Source: Planctomycetota bacterium (GTDB lineage Bacteria > Planctomycetota > Phycisphaerae > WQYP01). Taken from it: a stretch of DNA of 64,000 nt. A program made the position numbers and the translations under genes. The stretch spans positions 65,705 to 129,704 of the forward strand of contig JAJZNX010000025.1 of NCBI GenBank assembly GCA_021852275.1, written 5' to 3'. The notes beneath the pieces are model-generated. The model did no database searches. It saw only the letters and a program-made list of their open reading frames with translations, and was not told the origin of the DNA. Positions 19,980-29,869 of the stretch are shown here, in pieces (within the stretch, counting starts at the first letter, position 1; the number at the start of each line of letters is the position of its first letter).

Positions 19980-20579
19980 ATGACAAGAGAATCTGCGGAA
20001 ACGGTCGTCGCGCCACAGCCTGATTCGCTTGGCGTTGGTCTAAAGGAATGGTCCATCGTCTGCACCGCTTTGGAGCAGGGCCAACAGGCAGTCTTGCTTC
20101 GGAAAGGTGGCATTTACGAGGCTGCCGGTGAATTTGAACTGGAGCATCGTGAATTTTTGCTGCTGCCGACCTATCTGCATCAGAAAGCGGAAAGTGTAAA
20201 ACCGGCCTGGCGGAGCCGTATTTCCATCCTGCCCGCTGAGCCGGAGCAGATTTTAGTGAAATCCTGGGCCAGGGTACGCCAAATATTTCTGGTGCCAAGC
20301 CGGGCCGCCCTGGACAAACTCGACGAACTTTACCTCTGGGACAAGCCTCTACTGGATATGCGCTTTGGCTATCGCCCCAATTCCCCGCTGTATCTGCTGT
20401 TGCTGGAGACATTTTTGCTGGCCACGCCAACAGCCATTATCAATCATCCCGCTTACGCCGGTTGTAAAAGTTGGGTTCCACTACACGCCAAGATAGATAT
20501 CCACGGCAGCGTACCTGTAATGCAACCGGCCAAAATTCAACAGTTGTCCGGGCGTATTAAAAAGGAATTTGCCGTCTGA
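19980..20579 (+). CDS. DUF1802-family protein
   Basis: The N-terminal LKEWSIVCTALEQGQQAVLLRKGGI is characteristic of DUF1802. Length 199 aa. Confidence 0.6.
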   Translation: MTRESAETVVAPQPDSLGVGLKEWSIVCTALEQGQQAVLLRKGGIYEAAGEFELEHREFLLLPTYLHQKAESVKPAWRSRISILPAEPEQILVKSWARVRQIFLVPSRAALDKLDELYLWDKPLLDMRFGYRPNSPLYLLLLETFLLATPTAIINHPAYAGCKSWVPLHAKIDIHGSVPVMQPAKIQQLSGRIKKEFAV

Positions 20580-20609
20580 AATCGCAGCGAGCGCCGCCCG
20601 GCGGACCGG

Positions 20610-21287
20610 TTAAATGGAACTTGGTCGGCCAGGATCAGTAACGGGAAGGTATTGGCAATGGCGAAGCAGTTTCAGCAGTCCATCACTACTTTGAGCTTGG
20701 GCAAAGGTCATTTCCGCATCGGTAATTCCAACGCATAAAAGCAGATCCACGCGGCCTGAAGCCAGATCAAAACTGGCTGGAATGTGATCCGGACTGCTGA
20801 TCAAGACATTTCGGATGAGGCATGTTGGCAGGCCGTCCAACGGACCTCCTAACGCAATGCGATCCAGCGGCTCAATGAGTTCACCGCGAAGCTTTCCGCT
20901 GGCGGTCAGAATATTCACCGCCGCCAGCCATTGCAGCACACGCACGCACCAGTCGGCCCGATATGGTGATTGCATCACCAGCTCACAGCCCATACCGCTG
21001 TATTGACCCGGTTGAATATCCTGCGGATGAATTCCCCATGGATTGGACAACGCTGTGGTAACATACGCCCAGTTGGGGCGGGTCGGCTGGGGCGGCGATT
21101 CGAGTACGGCATGGGTCAGCCAACTGGGGTCTACACTGTCGCAACCCAATTGGTGGAAAAGCGGTGCCGCCAGAGGAAAGATGGTTTTGGAAAAGGTGCC
21201 GAAAATAGCCGGATAAATCCGCTCTTCGCGATCGCTCCAGATATTTTCAAACCAGATGCGCCGGGATTCTTCATCGTGAGCTTGCAT
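20610..21287 (-). CDS. hypothetical protein
   Basis: ORF co-directional with rpsU and immediately downstream of it. The start at MQAHDEES avoids overlap with rpsU. No confident family assignment. Confidence 0.45.
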   Translation of the reverse strand: MQAHDEESRRIWFENIWSDREERIYPAIFGTFSKTIFPLAAPLFHQLGCDSVDPSWLTHAVLESPPQPTRPNWAYVTTALSNPWGIHPQDIQPGQYSGMGCELVMQSPYRADWCVRVLQWLAAVNILTASGKLRGELIEPLDRIALGGPLDGLPTCLIRNVLISSPDHIPASFDLASGRVDLLLCVGITDAEMTFAQAQSSDGLLKLLRHCQYLPVTDPGRPSSI

Positions 21288-21309
21288 GGATGGTTGCAGC
21301 CGAATGAAT

Positions 21310-21531
21310 TCAGGTGCCGGTGTTAACGGAAGGCGGATTGTTAGCTTCAAACAAAGTGCGTTGTTCACGTTTCTGCGCTTTGCGCAACTGCCTCCGATTT
21401 CTTTCGCTCGGCTTTTCGTAATAGGCAATGCGTTTCATATCTTTGATAAGCCCCTCTTTTTCGCAGAGCTTTTTGAAGCGGCGCAGCATCTGTTCAACTG
21501 TTTCGTTCCCACGAGCCTTTACTTTGAGCAT
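21310..21531 (-). CDS. rpsU: 30S ribosomal protein S21
   Basis: MLKVKARGNETVEQMLRRFKKLCEKEGLIKDMKRIAYYEKPSERNRRQ is a near-canonical S21 sequence. Length 73 aa. Confidence 0.9.
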   Translation of the reverse strand: MLKVKARGNETVEQMLRRFKKLCEKEGLIKDMKRIAYYEKPSERNRRQLRKAQKREQRTLFEANNPPSVNTGT

Positions 21532-21746
21532 ACCAGACCAACCTTATAGTTAAACCATCGTTGAATCCAAGAAAGTTATTATAATGAATGGCGGTGGGAG
21601 TTGCAAGTACGCGTGGCGGCCAAGTTTGCAGGTACGGGCCGGGTGCGTGGCTTTGGACCAAAAGGTGTGATTGGGTCGATATAAAAGTGAGACACGGCTG
21701 CAATAGCAGAGCAGACGGGTCGTTGTAACAAGAGGTATGACAGCGT

Positions 21747-22328
21747 ATGGATTCGGACGCCATTACGGTCATGCTGGCGGGATGCCGGCGCGGTGATTCG
21801 GCCGCTTGGGATGCGCTGGTGGACGCCTACTGGCAAAGGCTTTATGGGTACGCCTTGCGGGCGACAAATAACAGCGAACTGGCCAGAGATTTGGTTCAAG
21901 AAACGTTCCTGAGAATCGTACAGAAATTAGAAAGGTACGACCATCAGGGCAAGTTTGAGGCGTGGCTTTTTCGCATTTTGGTAAATTTAATTAGAGACCA
22001 CGGGCGCGTCACTGCCCGTAGACCAGTGCGATCGATTGTGAGTAAAGATGGTGACAGAACCAATGACATTACCGACGACCTGCCAGGTAAATCCCCCATA
22101 CCTGCGGATCTCATCCAGCACGATGAAGATGTCATACGGATGGAAACCGCTTTGGGTCGCCTCTCGGAAATGGATCGCCAGGTTCTTTTGCTGCGACACT
22201 ATGGCGACATGCCCTTCAAGGACATCGCCCGCGTTCTCAACTGCCCCATTGGAACCGTGCTGGCCAGGGCCCATCGGGCCATGGGCAAGCTCCGTATGCT
22301 TATGGAGGTAACCGATGAAAAATCTTAA
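21747..22328 (+). CDS. ECF (sigma-70 family) RNA polymerase sigma factor
   Basis: Region 2 LVQETFLRIVQKLERYDHQGKFEAWLFRILVNLIRDH. Region 4 DIARVLNCPIGTVLARAHRAMGKLR. Confidence 0.85.
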   Translation: MDSDAITVMLAGCRRGDSAAWDALVDAYWQRLYGYALRATNNSELARDLVQETFLRIVQKLERYDHQGKFEAWLFRILVNLIRDHGRVTARRPVRSIVSKDGDRTNDITDDLPGKSPIPADLIQHDEDVIRMETALGRLSEMDRQVLLLRHYGDMPFKDIARVLNCPIGTVLARAHRAMGKLRMLMEVTDEKS

Positions 22329-22929
22329 TCTTTCCCAAACCTGCCTGTTGGATGTATCAGGCGAACTCGGGCCACAGGCAGCCCGCCGATTGCAAACGCA
22401 TGTGGATGTCTATCCTGCAGCCCATCTTGAATATGAATTGATCCGCAGCCGTTTTAACATGCTTCGGTCTTTGCCGCGATTTCAGGACAACGCCGATCCG
22501 GCGGCCAAGGCCCGCGTGGCTGAGTCGATCAAAGCTGGAATTCATGCCGCACTTCGGGAGCAGCGCCGGCAACAACGCCACCGTCAATGGAGTCGGCTGT
22601 GTTTTCAGGCACTTTCCGTGGCGTCCGGCATGGCGGCGTGCCTGGTTATTGCCGGCGGTATTTACGCTGTGCAAATGCGAACCCTGGCCCGCCATCAACG
22701 CATGCTGGATGCGGAATCCGCCTTCCGGGATGTGGCCCATGCCTCGCTGCCCAATCAGCCCGATTCCACCTACGCAGTGGTTTCCCACGAAATCGCGGCT
22801 TTGCGGGCGACCCACGGCCTGGCCGCCACTTCCAGCATCGGCAATATTCACATGATGCGACTGTTGCAGGCTCTCGATAAGGTTGCCACCGCCGCGGCTT
22901 CTTCAGCAACCGGCCAGCCGTCGGAATGA
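22315..22929 (+). CDS. putative anti-sigma factor (single TM)
   Basis: It overlaps the sigma gene by 14 bp. There is one TM helix (ASGMAACLVIAGGIYAV). The position is classic for an ECF anti-sigma. Confidence 0.55.
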   Translation: MKNLNLSQTCLLDVSGELGPQAARRLQTHVDVYPAAHLEYELIRSRFNMLRSLPRFQDNADPAAKARVAESIKAGIHAALREQRRQQRHRQWSRLCFQALSVASGMAACLVIAGGIYAVQMRTLARHQRMLDAESAFRDVAHASLPNQPDSTYAVVSHEIAALRATHGLAATSSIGNIHMMRLLQALDKVATAAASSATGQPSE

Positions 22930-23013
22930 AATACGCCCTATTCCACGGCGGTTGGCACAATGACTTGGGATCTTGCATCGGCAGGCCCGGTAGTTTAAAT
23001 AATTGCCGGCCGT

Positions 23014-23658
23014 TTGAGTGCCCGGTATTGCAAAGGAGTTGAATTGATGTCCAGGCTTTGTTTCAGTCCCGTTTCCAGCTATTTTACCAAATACGTACGC
23101 AGTGGCATGATCGCCTGTATGGCCGCACTGATTTTGACTTTAGCCCGTGCGGCCAGTGGCGCACCGTCGCATCAGCCATCCCAATTGACGACGCCGCAAA
23201 TTCAGAAAATCCTGCAATTTTTGCAAACCACTGATCCATCGGTGTATCACGAAGCCTTGATCTTGCGGCGATCAAACCCGGCTAAATTCGTAAGACTGAT
23301 CAGCGCCGCGGCACCCAACTTCCGCAGGCTTGAAAATCTGCAGAAGTCCGATCCGCAACTGTTTTCATTGACCATTAAAGACCTTTCGCTCACCCATCAA
23401 TCCTTTAACCTGGCGGATCGATTGCGCCAGCCGGGCCTGACGCGGCAACAGACGAAACATCTGCGCATGCGGTTGCTGAATATTGTTACGGAACAATTTG
23501 GAGTTCGTCAACAGATTCGCAAGCTGGAACTGGACCACTTAATGCAGAAGATCAATGAACTTAAAGCTCAGTACGTCCGGCGACAACAGAACCAATCTAA
23601 AATTATTGCCAGTCGCGTAGCGGCTCTTATTGGCAAGCCACCCAGCGTCAATTGGTAA
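23014..23658 (+). CDS. periplasmic LTXXQ-motif protein (Spy/CpxP-like)
   Basis: Signal peptide present. Two LTxxQ motifs (LTTPQIQ, LTRQQTK). Helical composition. It lies immediately downstream of the sigma/anti-sigma pair. Confidence 0.55.
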   Translation: MSARYCKGVELMSRLCFSPVSSYFTKYVRSGMIACMAALILTLARAASGAPSHQPSQLTTPQIQKILQFLQTTDPSVYHEALILRRSNPAKFVRLISAAAPNFRRLENLQKSDPQLFSLTIKDLSLTHQSFNLADRLRQPGLTRQQTKHLRMRLLNIVTEQFGVRQQIRKLELDHLMQKINELKAQYVRRQQNQSKIIASRVAALIGKPPSVNW

Positions 23659-23780
23659 GGTGATGCAGGTTTTCCGAATGTATCTGCACGGCTCTGGTGC
23701 AGGCGCAACAAAAGGTTCATCTTATTTGTCTGCACGGGAAGTTGTATTGCCTGAGTCCCTGAAACACTGGCAAGGAAAAC

Positions 23781-23866
23781 GGAGAGATAGGGATTCGAAC
23801 CCTAGTAGGACTTGCGCCCTAACCGGTTTTCGAAACCGGCGCCTTCAGCCACTCAGCCATCTCTCC
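23781..23866 (-). tRNA. tRNA-Ser (anticodon CGA)
   Basis: The reverse complement gives GGAGAGA-TG-D arm-CCGGT/TTCGAAA/ACCGG, so the anticodon loop has CGA at positions 34-36. Long variable arm. T-arm GGTTCGAATCC. 7-bp acceptor. CCA is not encoded. Confidence 0.9.
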
Positions 23867-23953
23867 GGCTTAAGGCCTTATCATACCGTACGCTCAACGA
23901 CTATCGCAACAGCATGGTTCATCGCCGCAGATACCGGTTGGCCTGAGAACGGT

Positions 23954-24610
23954 TTACGCCATGGGGAAATTGAACTGGCTGCACCGAATATCCGGCATGG
24001 TGTGTTGAGTAAAGTCTGCGGCCAGGCGACTGATGATGGGTTGGGCCTGGGCCAGCAGCCGATGATTCATATAGTCATCCAGGGGAATTGCCCGCACTGC
24101 AGCCTGAATGATTCCCCGGGCCGCCTGCAATAGACAAGCCGCTACCGCCCGTACCTCATGGGCCGTTGTTTCGCTCACCAGGGCACCAAAGGCCACACCA
24201 CCATGCACACCCGTTTGCGGAATCACCGGATCAAACTGATCGTGTATCGGCTGGGTCCAGTTCCAACGCCGGGAGATTTCCCACAGGCGTGTACCCATTT
24301 GCAGCGATGCCAAACGCAAGGATTCCGGGAACTGTTCGCTGGAAAGTACCTGACTGACCGCGGGAACTAACGCAGGGTCTCCAAGGCGGGCGGCCCGAAA
24401 GGCGATACCTGCAGCAATACCTTGCGTAGGTCCAATGATGGCGCGCAGTGAAGACTCCACCAGATTGAGCACTTGCTGCCCGGTTCGCAAAAGGCCCCGC
24501 CGGGCCAATGTTTCAATGCTCAGGCATTCCTGGTAGCCGACACCCAGCCCAGTTGTGTCCACCAGTTGAACCAGTCCGAGTACGTTCATAAAACTCCACA
24601 ACGACCCCAA
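23954..24610 (-). CDS. hypothetical protein
   Basis: 218-aa ORF directly downstream of rseP on the same strand. No recognisable family. Confidence 0.4.
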   Translation of the reverse strand: MGSLWSFMNVLGLVQLVDTTGLGVGYQECLSIETLARRGLLRTGQQVLNLVESSLRAIIGPTQGIAAGIAFRAARLGDPALVPAVSQVLSSEQFPESLRLASLQMGTRLWEISRRWNWTQPIHDQFDPVIPQTGVHGGVAFGALVSETTAHEVRAVAACLLQAARGIIQAAVRAIPLDDYMNHRLLAQAQPIISRLAADFTQHTMPDIRCSQFNFPMA

Positions 24611-24979
24611 TGCGGCCCTTCGCTAAAGGAGTGCAAAGTTCATACCATACCAACCAGAGGCTGGCAGGTGAGCGACGGTATATAACACCCCGCCTGCGCG
24701 CCACCCCACTCAACTTATTATTGGATCATCGGCATATAAAAACCAACAGGTGAAGAAAAATAATGCTGCGGGGCTGTCAGGAAATAAAGTGTATTAATAC
24801 GGCGCACGGCATTCTTGTCTGTGGCTATGAAGTGCCATTCTTGCATGCCATGGTCATTGGGTATGCCGGCCGCAACTTTGTCCGATACCCGCCCGATGAA
24901 AGCTGATCGCTGACTGCTGATCGCGGGCCACATCCAGCCAAGGACCAGCCGGATGGTAAAGGTTATTTCTTGACCGCAC

Positions 24980-27142
24980 CTAATGCCCAAAAAACATCGG
25001 CAGATCATTGTGAATGGTAATAAAGAGAAAGGCGGCGACCAGCAGCACGATTCCAACGGTTTGTATGGCAGTTTGCACCTGCACGGGCAAGGGTTTGCCG
25101 CGAATTTTTTCGACGATTAACATTAAAAATAATCCACCATCCACAATGGGTAACGGCAGAAAATTGATCACCGCCAGATTCACCGAAATCAACCCCAGAA
25201 AAAATAGCAGATAAGTAAATCCGCGTGACTCCAGCGTATATCCAATCTTTACAATCCCCAGCACGCTGTGTAGCTGGTTTACAGGTACCGTCCGGCCCAC
25301 CAGACCGAAAAGCGTCTGGTACGTCCGGACAATCCACGCTTCGGTGTGTCCAAAACCCATTTGGGCAGCTCCCAGAATGGAATGGCTTTTCTGCAGTTGC
25401 ATTAACGGAGACAGCGGCAGGTTGATAGCATATTTGAGTTTGCTAAGCTCACGACTATCGTGGCTGGATACGGTTAACTGTACCGGCCGATGCTTCCCGG
25501 CAAATGCAATATCAATCGTTTGCCCGGCATAACGACGGGCCAGGGTAACAATATCAAACCAGTTTTTAATCGGAAATATTCCCCCGCTGGCCATATTCGG
25601 ACCGCCTGGCACCACAATCGAAGCAATGGTGCGGCCGGGCAGAATTCCGGCGGCGGCGGCACGGCGATCTACCGCAGCAATCACGGGATGACCAAAGTCG
25701 TAATCCAGAGCCACACCCAGCAAGCCCTTCGCGCTGACCCTGGGGTGAAAGGTGATGATTTTAGAGTTGCGGCGCACCTGCAGCAGAACCTGCCGGCCCC
25801 GATTCCCTTTGACCGCCCGTTGCAGCTCATGAATCGTTGGATGAGCACTGGCATTAATACGTGTAATAATATCGCCACGCCGGATACCCACCTTCGCCGC
25901 CGCCGTTCCAGGTTCCACCATAGCCACACGGCACCGCGGCTGCATCCCAAGTATCCTGGGAAATTTGTTGACCCAATCGATGGTGGTCAAGGTGGGTTGT
26001 ATAGTCAGGTAATGAATTTTTCCAGTATGATAACTCTTGAGAGTCAGTGTTACCGGGGCACCTTTGGACTGTTGTAAAATGTCGTAAAAATGGGCAAATC
26101 CATGAACAGCAATGCCATCAATGGCGATGATTAAATCCCGTGATTGAATCCCCTTATATTGCGGCAATGCGGTAACAAATGCTTTAAGTTCACCGGCCGT
26201 CAACTTGCCAAAACGCAAAGAAAGCATTTGCCCGATGCCAAAACTCAACATGCCGTTATTGGGATCAGCCACCGGCGTAATGCTTACATTATGAATGGTT
26301 TTGCTGTGAGGTTTCACATACTGCAAACTAACCTTGGCATCACCAGTATCCAGCGCCGCAGCCATGGCAAGCTGTGTAAATTCTAAAAATCCCTGCGGAT
26401 GTTGATGGTTGATCGACACCACACGGTCCCCGATTTTCAATCCAGCTTTGGCGGCAGGACTGTTCCACGCCAGTTCCCCCACCACCGCGGGCGGAAAATT
26501 CACCCCAATGCGGAATATAAAGGCGAAAATAAGCACCGCAAAAATCAGGTTCATGACCACGCCGGCTGAAATAATAATCATCCGCTGCCAGATCGGCTTT
26601 TTGCCAAACGACGCCGGGTCTTCACTCACTTTGGCGGGGTCCATATCATCCTGGCCCAGCATACGCACGTACCCACCAAAAGGCAGCCAGGAAATCCGAT
26701 AATCCGTCTCTCCGATCACTCGCGCAACCGCCAGTACCGGAACCTGCGACCCGGACAATGAGCCCGCAGCAGAACCAGCGCCATCCGCCGTCGGCACCGG
26801 AGCAACCACTGCCGGCGGTCCGATGTCCACGCTGCCAAAGGTAAAGCCCACGCCGCGCCGCCAGCCGCACAGTCTTGGACCAATGCCCATGGAAAAAACA
26901 TCACACCGTACCTTGAAAAATTTTGCGGTGATGAAGTGCCCGAGTTCATGCACAAAAATCACCGAGCCAAAGCCGATGATAAACAGCACCACCTTTTCTG
27001 TACCCGTGATGGATCCCAGCAGCGTAAAGCCAAGGATGGGAAACACTGCCAGCGCACATATCGCCCCGCGAACCATTGCAGAAAGCCTTGGCGCAACTGG
27101 CTTTTCGTGCCGCGGAAGTTGGGTGGAATGGATGGGATTCAT
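24980..27142 (-). CDS. rseP: RIP zinc metalloprotease RseP (site-2 protease) with multiple PDZ domains
   Basis: HExxH (FVHELGHFITAKFF) lies in the first TM region. Several PDZ domains follow. The C-terminal TM carries the LDGG motif. It overlaps dxr by 4 bp. Confidence 0.85.
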   Translation of the reverse strand: MNPIHSTQLPRHEKPVAPRLSAMVRGAICALAVFPILGFTLLGSITGTEKVVLFIIGFGSVIFVHELGHFITAKFFKVRCDVFSMGIGPRLCGWRRGVGFTFGSVDIGPPAVVAPVPTADGAGSAAGSLSGSQVPVLAVARVIGETDYRISWLPFGGYVRMLGQDDMDPAKVSEDPASFGKKPIWQRMIIISAGVVMNLIFAVLIFAFIFRIGVNFPPAVVGELAWNSPAAKAGLKIGDRVVSINHQHPQGFLEFTQLAMAAALDTGDAKVSLQYVKPHSKTIHNVSITPVADPNNGMLSFGIGQMLSLRFGKLTAGELKAFVTALPQYKGIQSRDLIIAIDGIAVHGFAHFYDILQQSKGAPVTLTLKSYHTGKIHYLTIQPTLTTIDWVNKFPRILGMQPRCRVAMVEPGTAAAKVGIRRGDIITRINASAHPTIHELQRAVKGNRGRQVLLQVRRNSKIITFHPRVSAKGLLGVALDYDFGHPVIAAVDRRAAAAGILPGRTIASIVVPGGPNMASGGIFPIKNWFDIVTLARRYAGQTIDIAFAGKHRPVQLTVSSHDSRELSKLKYAINLPLSPLMQLQKSHSILGAAQMGFGHTEAWIVRTYQTLFGLVGRTVPVNQLHSVLGIVKIGYTLESRGFTYLLFFLGLISVNLAVINFLPLPIVDGGLFLMLIVEKIRGKPLPVQVQTAIQTVGIVLLVAAFLFITIHNDLPMFFGH

Positions 27143-28344
27143 GCCAAGGCCTCCTGACGCGCCCAGTGGTCCGCAGCCAGAAGCTCTTCCAGCGTGGGCG
27201 CAGGGTTAAAACCGTTCTTCAAGTGTTTTTGCAGCACGTGCTGCGAACGCGGCACAATCTGCCCGAATGAAATTTTCCCTTCCCGGAAAAGGGCATTGGC
27301 TACTTCATTAGCGGCATTCACCACCGCACCGCACGTCCCACCACGCCGCACTACTTCAAAACCCAGTTCCAATGCAGGAAATCGTCCCCGCGGCTGTTCA
27401 AATCGCATTTGGCTTATTTTCGACCAGTCCAGACGATGGCTGCAGCCAGGATACCGGTCCGGATGCGTCAGCGCATATTGAATCGCAGTCCGCATATCCG
27501 GGGTGCCCAGTTGCGCTATAATGCTGCCATCTACAAATTCAATCATGCTGTGAATAATGGACTCCGGATGAATGAGTACCTCTATGCGATCCGCCGGCAG
27601 ATTAAACAGCCAGTGCGCTTCGATAATCTCCAGTGCCTTGTTCATCATGGTCGCGGAATCAATCGTTATTTTCGGCCCCATACGCCAGTTCGGATGATTC
27701 AGCGCCTGCTCAACCGTGGCCGCAGAGCTTTGTTCCGGCGTCCACGTGCGAAACGGTCCGCCGCTGGCCGTAAGAATAATACGCTCAATCTCATGGGCCT
27801 GGCCACTGCGCAAGGCCTGAAAAATTGCCGAATGTTCAGAATCCACCGGCAACACCCTCGCCCCGCTGCGAACGGCAGCGGGCATCACCAGCCCCCCCGC
27901 CACCACCAGAGCTTCTTTATTCGCCAAAGCAATCCATTTGCCGGCCGCTGCCGCCTTGAGCACCGGCGAAAGACCTGCCGCTCCCACCACCGCCGCGCAA
28001 ACCATGTCCACATCCGGCCTTTCCACCAGACGATCCATGGCCTGCGGACCGGTATCCACGATTGTTCCAAATTCCTCCACCTCCGCCTGCAGGGCCTGTG
28101 AATCACGCTCCGTTTCAGGTGAACTTAACACCACCACAGCCGGTTTTACCTCACGGGCTTGCTCGGCCAGCTTCTTCCAATTTCTGGATGCCGCCAGACC
28201 GGCAACAGCAAAGGATGACCCTAAATGCCTGGCCACCGCCAGGGTATTAACGCCGATGGAACCTGTGCTTCCAAGCACCGCCAGACGTCGCTGTCCAGAG
28301 ACATCGCCAGTTGTTTTTTGGAAACCTGACGCCTTAATCATCAA
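27139..28344 (-). CDS. dxr: 1-deoxy-D-xylulose 5-phosphate reductoisomerase
   Basis: N-terminal LAVLGSTGSIGVNTLAV. Length 401 aa. The dxr-rseP arrangement is canonical. Confidence 0.9.
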   Translation of the reverse strand: MMIKASGFQKTTGDVSGQRRLAVLGSTGSIGVNTLAVARHLGSSFAVAGLAASRNWKKLAEQAREVKPAVVVLSSPETERDSQALQAEVEEFGTIVDTGPQAMDRLVERPDVDMVCAAVVGAAGLSPVLKAAAAGKWIALANKEALVVAGGLVMPAAVRSGARVLPVDSEHSAIFQALRSGQAHEIERIILTASGGPFRTWTPEQSSAATVEQALNHPNWRMGPKITIDSATMMNKALEIIEAHWLFNLPADRIEVLIHPESIIHSMIEFVDGSIIAQLGTPDMRTAIQYALTHPDRYPGCSHRLDWSKISQMRFEQPRGRFPALELGFEVVRRGGTCGAVVNAANEVANALFREGKISFGQIVPRSQHVLQKHLKNGFNPAPTLEELLAADHWARQEALA

Positions 28345-28567
28345 TGATTAACTCATTTCTTTCCGCAGGACTGCCCGCAGCCCGAATATAGGGTCGGCCC
28401 GGTTCCATCCAGACCTGTAATCATAAAAGCCCAAGCCATCGGATACAAGGCCTGATGGTCCGCGCCGCAAGGGTTGATCTACAAATTTACTAAAGAGGGT
28501 TATAAATTTTCGGTTGTTCGCGTACAATGCACGGCTGTGGAAAAGTGCCAACCTGTGGAGCTAACCC

Positions 28568-29869
28568 ATGGCCAATGCCAGTCAAACCAACATTGCCTCC
28601 CCGGATGATACAGGCGATATAACCGTGCACATTCAGCAGGTCGTTCAGCAAGCTCGCAGGGCGGCACGGCAGTTAGCCACGCTCTCCGGAGCGGTACGCA
28701 ATAACGCACTGGCGTCTATTGCCAATGGGCTGCTGAGCCATGCGGAGGCCATTCTTGCTGCCAACGCCACGGATGTGGAGCAGGCCAGGCGCGACTATCT
28801 GGCGGCGGCAATGGTAAGCCGCCTGACTCTTACGCCACAAAAAATTCAGGCTATGGCCCACAGCATCCGGCAGATTGTCCAGCAGGTGGACCCCGTGGGC
28901 CAGACTATTGAAGCCAGCGACCGCCCGAATGGGCTGCGGGTTGAAAAACGCCGGGTACCCATTGGGGTCATTGCCATCATTTATGAAAGCCGCCCCAATG
29001 TTACCAGCGATGCCGCAGCCCTTTGCCTTAAAAGCGCCAATGCGTGCATTCTGCGTGGCGGCAAGGAATCTCTGGGCACCAATCTGGCCATCGCCAAGGT
29101 TATTCAGGAAGCCCTTGGCTCATCGGGTATGGACGCAGCGGCGGTACAAGTGCTAAGCACCACTGACCGCGCCGCGGTGACGGCCTTGGTAACCGCTCAA
29201 GGTGCCGTGGATCTGGTGATACCGAGGGGTGGAGAATCTTTAATTCGGGCCATAGTGGAACAGGCGACCGTTCCGGTCATCAAGCACTACAAGGGTGTAT
29301 GCCATATCTATATTGATAAAGACGCCGATCCGGAAATGGCCGTGAAGGTCGCGTACAGCGCCAAGGTGGATGGCTGCGCGGTGTGCAACACGGCAGAATG
29401 CATTTTGGTGCATCAGGAAATTGCCCCTCGCGTACTGCCGCGGCTGGCCACGCTCTACCGGCAAGCCGGGGTGCAGATGCGGGCGGATGCGCGAAGTCTG
29501 GGATTATTGCAAGATGCCAAACTGGCCGTGGAAAGCGACTGGGGGCAGGAATTTCTGGACCTTATCGTGGCCATCAAACAGGTGAATACCATGGATGAAG
29601 CCATCAGCCACATTACGCAGTACGGGTCACAACACACCGACGCAATTATCACCAGCAATCTGGCAGCAGCCCAGAAGTTTGTGCAGCAGGTGGATTCCGC
29701 CAGCGTGATGGTGAACGCTTCCACCCGCTGGGCGGACGGATATGAATACGGTTTAGGCGCGGAAATCGGCATCAGCACGGACAAGCTCCATGCGCGCGGC
29801 CCCATGGGTGCAGAAGATCTATGCACGTATAAATTTATCGTAACGGGAAATGGCCATATCCGGGTTTAG
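28568..29869 (+). CDS. proA: gamma-glutamyl phosphate reductase
   Basis: PIGVIAIIYESRPNVTSDAAALCLKSANACILRGGKES and a catalytic Cys region. Length 433 aa. Confidence 0.88.
   Translation: MANASQTNIASPDDTGDITVHIQQVVQQARRAARQLATLSGAVRNNALASIANGLLSHAEAILAANATDVEQARRDYLAAAMVSRLTLTPQKIQAMAHSIRQIVQQVDPVGQTIEASDRPNGLRVEKRRVPIGVIAIIYESRPNVTSDAAALCLKSANACILRGGKESLGTNLAIAKVIQEALGSSGMDAAAVQVLSTTDRAAVTALVTAQGAVDLVIPRGGESLIRAIVEQATVPVIKHYKGVCHIYIDKDADPEMAVKVAYSAKVDGCAVCNTAECILVHQEIAPRVLPRLATLYRQAGVQMRADARSLGLLQDAKLAVESDWGQEFLDLIVAIKQVNTMDEAISHITQYGSQHTDAIITSNLAAAQKFVQQVDSASVMVNASTRWADGYEYGLGAEIGISTDKLHARGPMGAEDLCTYKFIVTGNGHIRV

Noticed and set aside
23700-23960. possible integrase or genomic island at the tRNA-Ser and tmRNA loci
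   Set aside because: Neither RNA gene is flanked by an integrase, a direct repeat of its 3' end, or atypical-composition DNA. The neighbours are core genes.
27409-28101. 230-aa + strand ORF
   Set aside because: It is antisense to dxr. The Arg/His-rich composition is typical of high-GC antisense frames.
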